From: Rhodococcus sp. (in: high G+C Gram-positive bacteria)
Lineage (GTDB): Bacteria; Actinomycetota; Actinomycetes; Mycobacteriales; Mycobacteriaceae
Assembly: GCA_049650605.1 (NCBI GenBank)
Contig: JBASAM010000052.1
Location: 188,916 to 252,915 of the forward strand
DNA length: 64,000 bases
Reading direction: 5' to 3'
Part shown: positions 54,677 to 63,307 of the stretch, in pieces
Layout of the letters: each line of letters opens with the position of its first letter
Numbering within the stretch: position 1 is the stretch's first letter
Program-made: the position numbers and the translations under genes
Notes under the pieces: generated by a model
What the model was told of the DNA's origin: nothing
Databases searched by the model: none
The model's input: the letters and a program-made list of their open reading frames with translations, nothing else

Positions 54677-55435
54677 GTGGTCACCGGCGAGGTGTCACGC
54701 GCGAAACCCTGGCTCGTCGCGACCGTTCGCGCCGTGCGACGCGAAACACCGACCGCGTCGACCCTGGTTCTCGCGGTCGACGAGTGGCCCGGGCACCACG
54801 CCGGACAGCACATCGACGTCAAACTCACGGCCGAGGACGGCTATTCGGCTCAGCGAAGCTACTCCATCGCGTCGGCGCCTCGCCCGTCGGAACCGGGTGC
54901 CGACATCGAGGTCACGGTGCAGAACGTCGCCGACGGCGAAGTCTCGCCCTATCTCACGGGTAATCTCGAGGTGGGCGACCAGTTCGAGATCCGTGGCCCC
55001 ATCGGCCGGTGGTTCGTGTGGCGTCCGCCGCTTCCCGAGGAGACACCGTCGCCTCCGATTTTGCTCGTTGGCGGTGGATCGGGCATCGTTCCGCTCCGCG
55101 CGATGGTGGGGGCGTCGGCCGGGAGCCGCGTGCCGTTCCGAGTCCTGTACTCGGTGCGAGAACCCGCAGAGATCTACTACGAGGACGAATGGTCGGCGCC
55201 TCCGGCCGGGGTGGACGTCACGACACTGTTCACCAGGCGCTCACCTGCTGGCTCGTCGCGGCCGATGGGCCGAATAACGCTCGCCGATCTCGATGCGCAC
55301 GGGTGGCCGACCGAATTCGAACCGCGGTGCTACATCTGTGGCCCGACAAGTTTCGTTGACGCGGTGGCCGACATGCTGGTTACACGTGGCCATTCGGCGT
55401 CGAACATCAGGACGGAACGGTTCGGCCCGTCTTGA
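54677..55435 (+). CDS. FAD/NAD(P)-binding ferredoxin-reductase-type oxidoreductase
   Basis: The GTG lies 3 nt after the upstream stop. RSYSIAS, LLVGGGSGIVP and YICGP motifs are present. Confidence 0.8.
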   Translation: MVTGEVSRAKPWLVATVRAVRRETPTASTLVLAVDEWPGHHAGQHIDVKLTAEDGYSAQRSYSIASAPRPSEPGADIEVTVQNVADGEVSPYLTGNLEVGDQFEIRGPIGRWFVWRPPLPEETPSPPILLVGGGSGIVPLRAMVGASAGSRVPFRVLYSVREPAEIYYEDEWSAPPAGVDVTTLFTRRSPAGSSRPMGRITLADLDAHGWPTEFEPRCYICGPTSFVDAVADMLVTRGHSASNIRTERFGPS

Positions 55436-55450
55436 GATGCCGCCCTCGCG

Positions 55451-55642
55451 TCAGGGTCTGGTGCTCATATCGTCCTGATAATCCCTGACAGTGCGCTCGA
55501 TCCGCGCCGCATCTTCTTCCGCACCGCGTCGGCGCGCGTCGTCCGCACGCGAGGAAAGCACGCGGATGGCCTTGCGCAATTCGGTGTCCGACATGCGGCG
55601 ATCGTGCGATACGGCCTGATCGTATGTTGCGGTCTGGTTCAT
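55451..55642 (-). CDS. Small hypothetical protein
   Basis: 63 aa from the ATG at 55642, which has a GGGAG Shine-Dalgarno. The sequence is MNQTATYDQAVSHDRRMSDTELRKAIRVLSSRADDARRRG... Confidence 0.45.
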   Translation of the reverse strand: MNQTATYDQAVSHDRRMSDTELRKAIRVLSSRADDARRRGAEEDAARIERTVRDYQDDMSTRP

Positions 55643-55737
55643 GGTGACGCTCCCGAAGTCGACTGCTGTGCAGGATCCACACATTATGTGGTCCACGTCA
55701 CACCGAGTGTCCTCCAGAACGCCTCCGGGCGCCAGCC

Positions 55738-56451
55738 CTACTGCAGAGTGCGTGCAGATTCGCCGGCCGGCGCGTGATCACTGGAGACGGTGTCGCCCGC
55801 AGCGCGGTCGCGAACGAAGCTGGACAGGCTGCGCGACGCGAACTCCCGGAAGTACGGCAGCTTCTCCGGCGGCACCAACGAAGGAAGAATGGTGTGCCAG
55901 ACCTGCTCCATGCGTGCCGGCGCTCCACCGAGGCGAGCAGTGCCCTCGGCGACCATCAACACACCGCTGAGCATCTCGGACACCAGGCACGACGCGGTCT
56001 CGGAGTCCAGCGAGTCGATCACGTCGCCGTGCTCGATAGCGCGCTCGAACAGATGAGAGAAGATGGTCTGCCAGGTGGCGAAGACGCTGCCGCGAGAGGG
56101 GTCCGGCGCGTCGACCTCGAGCTGGAGCCGGTACATGATGCGGACGAGGTTGTCGGTGTTGGCGAGGTCGAGTACCGAGTAGGTGATACCGATGACGGAT
56201 TCGAGCGCCGGCGATCGGCTGTCGACCATCCCGGTGCACGCAGCAGCCACACGCTCACGGCCTTCGTCGACCAGCGCGCGCGCCAGTTCTTCCTTCGACG
56301 CGAAGTGGAAGTACAGCGCGCCCTTGGTCACGCCCGACTCGGCGGAAACCTGGCTCAGCGTCGCTGTGGCGTGTCCGACCCGGAGGAACAAGTCTGCGGC
56401 CGCCCGCAGGGCCGCAGATCGCGTTGCCTCTGCACGTAATTGCCTGACCAT
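55738..56451 (-). CDS. TetR-family regulator of the ScbR/ArpA (gamma-butyrolactone receptor-like) type
   Basis: MVRQLRAEATRSAALRAAADLFLRVGHATATLSQVSAESGVTKGALYFHFASKEELARALVDEG... and LPSLVPPEKLPYFREFA are present. It aligns along its whole length with the CDS at 15609-16253. Confidence 0.8.
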   Translation of the reverse strand: MVRQLRAEATRSAALRAAADLFLRVGHATATLSQVSAESGVTKGALYFHFASKEELARALVDEGRERVAAACTGMVDSRSPALESVIGITYSVLDLANTDNLVRIMYRLQLEVDAPDPSRGSVFATWQTIFSHLFERAIEHGDVIDSLDSETASCLVSEMLSGVLMVAEGTARLGGAPARMEQVWHTILPSLVPPEKLPYFREFASRSLSSFVRDRAAGDTVSSDHAPAGESARTLQ

Positions 56452-56712
56452 TGTTCGCTCCCAACCTCGTGACACGCGCACGGACAGTGGTCCAGATGTG
56501 TTTGTGCGCTGAGCAATGATAATCACAAGGAGCGTCGGCTTGTCCTGACAGAAATACTTCCGAGACCAAATCACAACCTTGGCCGGGTCATTACCGAGCG
56601 CTTTTACTGTAACTACATTTCCTACCAGTCGGTAAGTTCGGAAAATCGCGGTTTGGATACGTCTCGTTCGCCGACAACGGGTGTGTCGGACGAATGCAGA
56701 CAGCGCCGCGAA

Positions 56713-57150
56713 TCATTGCAACAGAATCGACACGAAGATCTCGACGTTGCCATCCGCGGAGAGACACTCGAATTCGACACCGCCCGCGCGGGCGATGGCT
56801 CCCTCGGCGAGCGCGTCGTCCACCTGCGCCCACGCATCCTCGGCGCGGTCCGGCAGCATCAACGACGGCGTGAAGACCGCGAAAACGCCGGACGGGACAG
56901 TGACGAAGACGTCCCCGGTGGGAACGTCGTCCACCGTCGCTCGCGGTACTCCGACGACGACGTTGCTCACTCCGCGCTGGTCGGGAACGTAGACGGTGTA
57001 GACATCGACACCCTCGGGTTCGCGTTCGCGGATCCGCTCCCGCATGAAGACGACGAGGTCGCTCGCGCTTCCCTCGTGGCCCGGATCGACACCCGGGACG
57101 ACCAGTCCACCGAACACCACGCCGGGACGGGCCAGCAACCGAAACGTCAC
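56713..57150 (-). CDS. GyrI-like small-molecule-binding domain protein
   Basis: 145 aa. The ATGA overlap couples it to the upstream GyrI-like gene. The assignment is by overall pattern only. Confidence 0.55.
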   Translation of the reverse strand: MTFRLLARPGVVFGGLVVPGVDPGHEGSASDLVVFMRERIREREPEGVDVYTVYVPDQRGVSNVVVGVPRATVDDVPTGDVFVTVPSGVFAVFTPSLMLPDRAEDAWAQVDDALAEGAIARAGGVEFECLSADGNVEIFVSILLQ

Positions 57151-57599
57151 CGCTCACCGCCGGCGGGGGCCACCGGTACGTACATTTCGATTTTGTACGC
57201 GTGCGGATAAACCTCGAACTCGCCCGTGAATGCTCGACGAAACGCGCCGATCTCCTCGGCATGCGTGATTTCGTTCCACAGCGTGGTCAGTACCCGAGGA
57301 AAATTACCCACCGCGGAGAATTTTGCGTACCTGCCGGACGGAACCCGCGCCACGATGTGACCCTGACGAACATCCCCATCTGCGACGCGGTAACCGACGA
57401 TCTGGGTGCTGTAGGAACCGATAGCGGGTACGAAATCGGTGTAGATGGACCCCAGCGGTTCCCCGATGTCTTGGTTGAGAATTCCCGACCATGCACGCTC
57501 GAGGTTTGTGTCGTACAACGAGCCGAGGGCACGTTTAGGGCTACGGACCGGTAGTCCGGCGACCCACGTCTCCGCGAGATCGACGAATTCGATTGACAT
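57147..57599 (-). CDS. GyrI-like (effector-binding) domain protein
   Basis: MSIEFVDLAETWVAGLPVRS...YAKFSAVGNFPRVLTTLWNEI...FEVYP is the typical SbmC/GyrI-like layout. Confidence 0.65.
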   Translation of the reverse strand: MSIEFVDLAETWVAGLPVRSPKRALGSLYDTNLERAWSGILNQDIGEPLGSIYTDFVPAIGSYSTQIVGYRVADGDVRQGHIVARVPSGRYAKFSAVGNFPRVLTTLWNEITHAEEIGAFRRAFTGEFEVYPHAYKIEMYVPVAPAGGER

Positions 57600-57737
57600 G
57601 GCGGGCTCCCGTAGAACGGATGGCTGATCGCGTGAAGGTAACTGCACTTCCGACAGTGAACTGACAACCGCGACCCCGCCCGAGAGAAGTGTCAGTCCGC
57701 CGAATACCTCTACGCCTCATCACCATACAGTGCCCAC

Positions 57738-58709
57738 TCAGGGCAGAAGGGTCACCCCACGAGATTCGTCCATTCCTGCAAGAGCGACGGGAGGTTCCGG
57801 TGACGCGACCACCCGAGCTCGCCACTGCACCACCGCGGCCCCGGCGAGAATTGCTGCACCGCCCGTCATTTGACCGAATGACACTTTCTCTCCCAACAAC
57901 ATCCACGCTGCGACGACGGCGCAGAGTACTTCGACCAACGCGATCACCGACGCTGTGGAAGCTCCCAACGATCGGGATGCCACGATACCCGCGACATAGG
58001 CCAGCACTGCGCTGACCACCGCGAGCGTCACCACCGAAAACCACCAGGGAACGGCATGTCCTGCCAATTCGATATCGGCAGACGACACCCGCAGCCGAAC
58101 CATTCCCAATATTGCGGCAGCGGCGATAACAATGGCTCCGACGGCCATGCCCGCAGCCGCGAGAACCAAGGGATCCACGGCGTCGCCGCCGTCGGCAGAT
58201 ACGACGAAGTAGAACGCGAGGCACACCGCCGCAGACAATCCCCAGGCAACACCCACCGGGTCGACAACAGCGCCGTCGAACACGTCCAGCACCACAACCG
58301 CGCCGCCGAGAGCCAGCGTAACGCCGGCCAGTGTCGCAGCGTGGGGACGGCGTCCCGTACGCAACCAGATCCACCCGATGACCAGAACGGGTCCGAGATA
58401 CTCCAGCATCAGCGCGACCCCCACCGAAAGGTGCTGTATCGCGTTGAAAAAGCACACCTGTGCGCCCGCCACTGCCACGACGCCATAGGCGACAACGGTG
58501 ATCGGGGCGGTCCGGAGACCCAGCAAGGCGCGTGGGCACACCAAGGCGATGACGGGAACAAGAATTATTGCGCCGCCGACGATCCGTGCCAGTACCGCCG
58601 CCTCGGGGGACCACCCCGCGTCGGTCAACGCCTTCGCGAAGGGGCCGGACACGCCGAACGAGAGCGCGGACACCACCGCGAACGCCACACCGGAACGGGA
58701 AGACAGCAT
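57738..58709 (-). CDS. EamA/DMT-superfamily transporter
   Basis: About ten TM helices. The ATG at 58709 is preceded by GAAAGG. The longer track starts lack a Shine-Dalgarno and overlap the palindrome. Confidence 0.8.
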   Translation of the reverse strand: MLSSRSGVAFAVVSALSFGVSGPFAKALTDAGWSPEAAVLARIVGGAIILVPVIALVCPRALLGLRTAPITVVAYGVVAVAGAQVCFFNAIQHLSVGVALMLEYLGPVLVIGWIWLRTGRRPHAATLAGVTLALGGAVVVLDVFDGAVVDPVGVAWGLSAAVCLAFYFVVSADGGDAVDPLVLAAAGMAVGAIVIAAAAILGMVRLRVSSADIELAGHAVPWWFSVVTLAVVSAVLAYVAGIVASRSLGASTASVIALVEVLCAVVAAWMLLGEKVSFGQMTGGAAILAGAAVVQWRARVVASPEPPVALAGMDESRGVTLLP

Positions 58710-58735
58710 CGACACGCCTTTCGAAAGACCGGCCA

Positions 58736-58767
58736 TGTCATGACCGAACTGTAAGTTGGTCATGACA
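58736..58767. promoter_or_regulatory. 32-bp near-perfect palindrome (candidate operator) in the EamA / CGNR divergent promoter region
   Basis: TGTCATGACC-g-AACT-GTA-AGTT-GGTCATGACA has 10-bp perfect outer arms and 4-bp inner arms with a single bulged G. Confidence 0.5.
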
Positions 58768-58794
58768 GTAGAGATCAAGGAGGTCACGAGTCAA

Positions 58795-59337
58795 ATGCTT
58801 TTCACTCATGACACACGGACTGCCCTGGCGTGGGCAGCGGCGCTGATCAACACCTCGGCGAACGACGACGAATACCTGACCGACACGGCGGTGCTGGCCT
58901 CGATGTTGGACGAGCACGAGTGGACCGGCCGACGAGACGGAAGTCTGGACGAACTCGACACCGTGCGCGCACTACGCGGGCCGTGGCGGGAAATCTGGAC
59001 GCTGTCCCGGCCGGACGACGTCGTGCCGTTGGTCAACGACATGTTGGACCGGTCCGATGCCCGGCCACACCTGACCTGCCACGGCGACTGGGGCTGGCAC
59101 CTGCACATGAGCGACGACAACGCGCCGCTCGCAGACCGCATGAACGCCGAGACAGCGGTCGCGCTCGCCGAGATCGTCCGCGCTGAGGAACTCGGGCGAT
59201 TGCGGGTCTGCGAGTCGCCGGACTGCGACGCGGTGGTGATAGACCTGTCCCGCAACCGCTCCCGCCGCTATTGCGATACGGGCAATTGCGGCAATCGGGC
59301 CAACGTGGCTGCGTACCGCGCTCGCAAGAAGCGCTGA
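58795..59337 (+). CDS. CGNR zinc-finger (ABATE) domain protein, putative regulator
   Basis: CESPDCDAVVIDLSRNRSRRYCDTGNCGNRANVAAYRARKK is present. AAGGAGG precedes the ATG at 58795. Confidence 0.85.
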   Translation: MLFTHDTRTALAWAAALINTSANDDEYLTDTAVLASMLDEHEWTGRRDGSLDELDTVRALRGPWREIWTLSRPDDVVPLVNDMLDRSDARPHLTCHGDWGWHLHMSDDNAPLADRMNAETAVALAEIVRAEELGRLRVCESPDCDAVVIDLSRNRSRRYCDTGNCGNRANVAAYRARKKR

Positions 59338-59664
59338 CTCCCCCGCCAGTCGCACCCTTCCTCCGCTCCCGCACCCGACCACGCCGCATGACACGCGTGC
59401 GGGAAACGAGAAAGGGTGCGGCAAGTGTAGTTAACGAGTATTCGCCGCTCGGTGGCCATCCGAGATGCACCCATACCTGCTCGAAGCTCGCTCACCGACA
59501 GGCATCACCTCTGAACGGACAATCACCGTTTATGTTGCATGACAACATTTTTCGAAATTCGCTTACCTTTGACTGGCCTCGAGGGGGCGGATACGGTGTG
59601 GACGCGCGGCACCGTCGACGCGTGTCGGTCCGTTCACTTGTCCTCGCACCAGGAGCTACGACTC

Positions 59665-60909
59665 ATGTCGATTTCTACGACGATGCACAGCAGGGTGCTC
59701 ACCCACACTCGGGAGCACCTGTCCGAGTCTCGTGCAACCGTGGCATCCATGCTCGGCGACATCGTCGAAGACAGGTCGCTCGGCGCTCGCGTGTGGTCCA
59801 CCGAGGACGTGGAGTACCTCAACTGCGGCGGATACGGGACGCTGCTGCTCGGTGCCCGTCATCCGCGCGTCACCGAGGCAGTGATCGCTCAGCTCGCACG
59901 CAATCCGGTGGCGACGCGCACCCTGCTCGAGCCGCGGGTGGCCGAGGCCGCTGCGGCGCTCGCGTCCCGGTTACCAAGCACCTTGTCGAAGGTCTACTTC
60001 GGCGGCTCGGGCACCGAAGCCACCGAGGCGGCGGTCAAAATGGCCTGCGCGACGGGGCATCACCGACTGATCGGGGCGGGGCGCGGCTACCACGGTAAAA
60101 CACTTGGCGCTCTTGCCCTCACGGCGAACCCGTCCTACCAGGATCCGTTCAGGCGCCTCGTCGTACCGGCGACGCGCGTTCCCTATGGGGATGTCGCAGC
60201 CCTGTCGGATGCTATCGGAGACAACGCGTCCGACGCGTGTGTGTTTCTCGAACCCATTCAGGGCGAGGGCGGGGTCGTGATACCTCCCCCCGGTTACCTT
60301 GCGGCCGTGTCCGCTCTCTGTCGCAGTCGCGGCGCGCTCCTGGTGATCGACGAGATCATGACCGGCCTCGGGCGTACCGGAGTCTGGTGGGAAAGCGAAC
60401 GCGAGCACGTCGAGCCGGACATCGTGCTGGTGGGAAAGAGCCTTGGCGGCGGTGTAATTCCCGTGTCCGCCGCAGTGGCGACACCGCAAGCGTTCAGCGC
60501 GCTCGACATCGACTTCGGAATTCATACCTCCACGTTCTCGGGTGCTCCGCTGGGCATGGCCGCAGCCTGCGCCGCACTCGAGGTCATCGAGGACGAGGGC
60601 CTGGTCGGGAGGTCGGACAGACTGGGCACCGCCCTGTTGCACGAACTCCGTTGCCTCACCGCACGCTGTGCTGCAGTGGACGTTCGTGGTCGCGGGCTCC
60701 TGATCGGCCTGGACTTCGGCGACGCAGGTACCGCCGGCAGGTTCCTGCTCGCGCTTCTCGACCGTCGCGTCGTGGCCAATCATTCCCTCAACGCCAGCCC
60801 CGTCGTGCGGCTCACCCCACCGGCCACCATGACGGACGCCGACGTCGACTGGCTCCTCGACGCCGTCGCGGGCGCTCTGCAGAGCACATTTTCGGAAGGA
60901 CTGTCATGA
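59665..60909 (+). CDS. Class-III (omega-type) PLP aminotransferase
   Basis: GGSGTEATEAAVKMA, FLEPIQGEGGV, VIDEIMTGLGRTG and DIVLVGKSLGGG (PLP Lys) are present. AGGAG precedes the ATG at 59665. Confidence 0.85.
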   Translation: MSISTTMHSRVLTHTREHLSESRATVASMLGDIVEDRSLGARVWSTEDVEYLNCGGYGTLLLGARHPRVTEAVIAQLARNPVATRTLLEPRVAEAAAALASRLPSTLSKVYFGGSGTEATEAAVKMACATGHHRLIGAGRGYHGKTLGALALTANPSYQDPFRRLVVPATRVPYGDVAALSDAIGDNASDACVFLEPIQGEGGVVIPPPGYLAAVSALCRSRGALLVIDEIMTGLGRTGVWWESEREHVEPDIVLVGKSLGGGVIPVSAAVATPQAFSALDIDFGIHTSTFSGAPLGMAAACAALEVIEDEGLVGRSDRLGTALLHELRCLTARCAAVDVRGRGLLIGLDFGDAGTAGRFLLALLDRRVVANHSLNASPVVRLTPPATMTDADVDWLLDAVAGALQSTFSEGLS

Positions 60910-61940
60910 ACATTCTTCTCACCGGTGCGTCCGGCGTGGTCGGACTCCCCACCCTCGCAGCCCTGGGCCGCGAGCACGACGTGGTGGTACTCGAGGGCCG
61001 CCGATCAGTTTCACATGCGGGACGATCTGTGCGCGGTGACCTGCGCGCCCCTCGCCTGGGCCTCTCCGACCACCAATGGAACACACTGGCAGGCGATCTC
61101 GATGTGGTCGTGCACTGTGCCGGCATCGTCGACTTCGGCGTAGACGATGAGTCCACGCGAGCAGTGAACGTCGACGGAGTCCGGCGCGTGATCGAGTTGG
61201 CCACTGCGGCCTCCGCCCGCCTGGTGCATGTCAGCACCGCCTTCGTCGAGCAACCCGTCGTGCCGGACGTGACGGGCGGGATGGCCACGATGCACCCCGG
61301 CGCGTACATCGCGAGCAAGAGGGCAGGTGAGGCGCTGGTGAGGTCCAGCGGCCTCGACTGGACCATCGTCCGACCGTCGATCGTGTGCGGCGACTCGACG
61401 ACGGGACAGATCTCCGAGCTGCAGGGACTGCACACCCTGATTCGTGCGTTCCTGAAAGGCACTTTGCCCGTTGTCCTGTGCGAGGACGCGCTGCAGTACG
61501 ACTTCGTCCCCTGCGACGTGGTGGCGGAGTCGATCGCCGCGGTGGTCGACCACCGCGGCCTCTACAGCCGGGATCACGTGTGGGTCACCAGCGGATCGGC
61601 GGCCCTGGACATCGATGCACTCATCGCCGTCATGGTCGACGAGGCCACCCGACTCGGCGTCTCGGTCGACGCCCCTCGGCGCCTGTATCCGGAGGTGTTC
61701 CAACGCCTGTGGAAGCCGGCGTTCTTCGACATGCTCGACCTGCCCGCCCAGAGGAAGTTCGCGAACCTGCTGGCGTCGGTGGCCAATTTGTTCAACACCA
61801 CGCCGTTTCCCACGTCATTGGGCGTCGGCCCGCTACCTCCCGCCCAGACCCCGGAGTCCATCGATCTGTCGGCCCGGCTGACCGCCCGACATCTGGTGGA
61901 CCGCTCGCCCGGCGCCTACCCCATGCTCACACCCGCTTGA
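60906..61940 (+). CDS. Extended SDR / thioester-reductase-like NAD(P)-binding protein
   Basis: ATGA overlap with the aminotransferase gene. LLTGASGVVG (TGxxGxxG) and YIASKRAGE (YxxxK) are present, with an extra C-terminal subdomain of roughly 100 aa. Confidence 0.8.
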   Translation: MNILLTGASGVVGLPTLAALGREHDVVVLEGRRSVSHAGRSVRGDLRAPRLGLSDHQWNTLAGDLDVVVHCAGIVDFGVDDESTRAVNVDGVRRVIELATAASARLVHVSTAFVEQPVVPDVTGGMATMHPGAYIASKRAGEALVRSSGLDWTIVRPSIVCGDSTTGQISELQGLHTLIRAFLKGTLPVVLCEDALQYDFVPCDVVAESIAAVVDHRGLYSRDHVWVTSGSAALDIDALIAVMVDEATRLGVSVDAPRRLYPEVFQRLWKPAFFDMLDLPAQRKFANLLASVANLFNTTPFPTSLGVGPLPPAQTPESIDLSARLTARHLVDRSPGAYPMLTPA

Positions 61941-61971
61941 CGGTTACATCCCGTCGAAACAAGGAGAAGAC

Positions 61972-62466
61972 ATGTCCCCCAGTAGCATCGGCGTCGTTGC
62001 CCGAATTTCCGAATACTCCGCCGACGACGTTTTCGCCCGCATCCGTGATTTCGCATCGTTCGCCGAGCACGTCACGATGGTCGACTACATCACCGTCACC
62101 GATCCGGTCGCGCACGACGACGGAACCCTGCACCATTCCTCGTCCTGGTCGACGCACTTCCGCGGCGGACTGCTGCAATGGGTCGAGCACGACACCGTCG
62201 ACGTCGCGGCTCGCACCGTTTGTTTCGAACAGTCCAGCGGCGATCTCGGTTCCTTCGACGGCAGATGGTCGGTACAGGGGAACGCCGACGGCACAGTGGA
62301 CATGTCCTTCGACGCAGCGGTGGACATCGGCATCCCGTCGATGGCCGACATGCTCAATCCCGTTGCTGCTCATGAGCTCGCGATCGGTGTGCGGCAGATC
62401 GTCGACGGCGTGTTCGGGGCACGCGTGGTATCGGTGGAGGTCGGCGCGGGCGTGACGCACAGCTGA
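61972..62466 (+). CDS. SRPBCC-family (cyclase/dehydrase-like) protein
   Basis: 164 aa. AAGGAGAA precedes the ATG. The assignment is by overall pattern (ARISEYSADDVFARIRDFASFAEH...). Confidence 0.6.
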   Translation: MSPSSIGVVARISEYSADDVFARIRDFASFAEHVTMVDYITVTDPVAHDDGTLHHSSSWSTHFRGGLLQWVEHDTVDVAARTVCFEQSSGDLGSFDGRWSVQGNADGTVDMSFDAAVDIGIPSMADMLNPVAAHELAIGVRQIVDGVFGARVVSVEVGAGVTHS

Positions 62467-62491
62467 CCCACTCGTCGATCCGGGGCCGACC

Positions 62492-63292
62492 GTGTCGGTG
62501 GGTTCTGCCACCATCGCCGACATGACAGCAGCGAGTGGGGACCCTGCACTTCCGGAATTGTGCCTCGAGTGGTGCCGCACGCACTCGTACGACCACGACG
62601 TTCTCCACGACGTTGCGACGGTGGACCTGGACTGGTGGAACACCCGGCTCGACCGCGCGGCCATCCCGGTGCGGTTGCACGGACGCACCTCCCAGCGTGT
62701 CCGGACCGACACCGGTATTGCCGTACTCGAACGTGGGGAGCTTCGGGCGGATGCGCGGGATCTGGCCTACAGCGGACCACCCGAGTTGGTGCGGCTCTAT
62801 CTCTGCGTCGCTTGGCTCATGGGCAACCTCGGCCGAGGGAGGGCCAAGCGGTTTCCCGACGTCCGTGACACCGAACCGACGCACCCACCCCTCGCGCAGA
62901 TAACCCGCGCGCTCGCCTCGTTCGAGCGATCGCCCGCGCTCATCGATGTGGGCCCGCAACGTCAGTGGTCGGGCTGGCCCGTCGCTCCCGGAGTCGGGGC
63001 GACGCCACTGTCCCTGTACGCCTGGGCGGTGTGTTCCGACAGCTCATTGCAGTGCCCGCAGTTGGTCGATCAGCAAGGTTTGGCGTCGCTGGTGCACCAC
63101 GGCTGGGTAGACAATCCCGCAATCGGATCGCTCACCCTCAGCCGATACGTGCGGTACTGCGCGCTGCTGGCCCGGTGGTCGTACCAGGCCGGGGTGCCAT
63201 CGGAGCTGATCGAACTGTGGCTGGCGCGATCGTGGAGAGCTCGGCAACAATCACCGTCCCCGTTCATGAACCAGGTACGCGGAGGATGGTGA
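62492..63292 (+). CDS. Hypothetical protein, no family recognised
   Basis: 266-aa ORF with third-position G/C bias consistent with coding. It is Trp/Arg-rich. An alternative start is the ATG at 62521. Confidence 0.5.
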   Translation: MSVGSATIADMTAASGDPALPELCLEWCRTHSYDHDVLHDVATVDLDWWNTRLDRAAIPVRLHGRTSQRVRTDTGIAVLERGELRADARDLAYSGPPELVRLYLCVAWLMGNLGRGRAKRFPDVRDTEPTHPPLAQITRALASFERSPALIDVGPQRQWSGWPVAPGVGATPLSLYAWAVCSDSSLQCPQLVDQQGLASLVHHGWVDNPAIGSLTLSRYVRYCALLARWSYQAGVPSELIELWLARSWRARQQSPSPFMNQVRGGW

Positions 63293-63307
63293 GGCATCAT
63301 TACCCGC

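Noticed and set aside
57541-58614. 357-aa Arg-rich minus-strand ORF; the same applies to 3872-5329, 20169-21113 and 25888-26835
   Set aside because: These are alternate reading frames of confidently assigned genes (EamA, ferric reductase, hydrolase, egtE). Their extreme Arg/Gly/Pro content marks them as frame artefacts.
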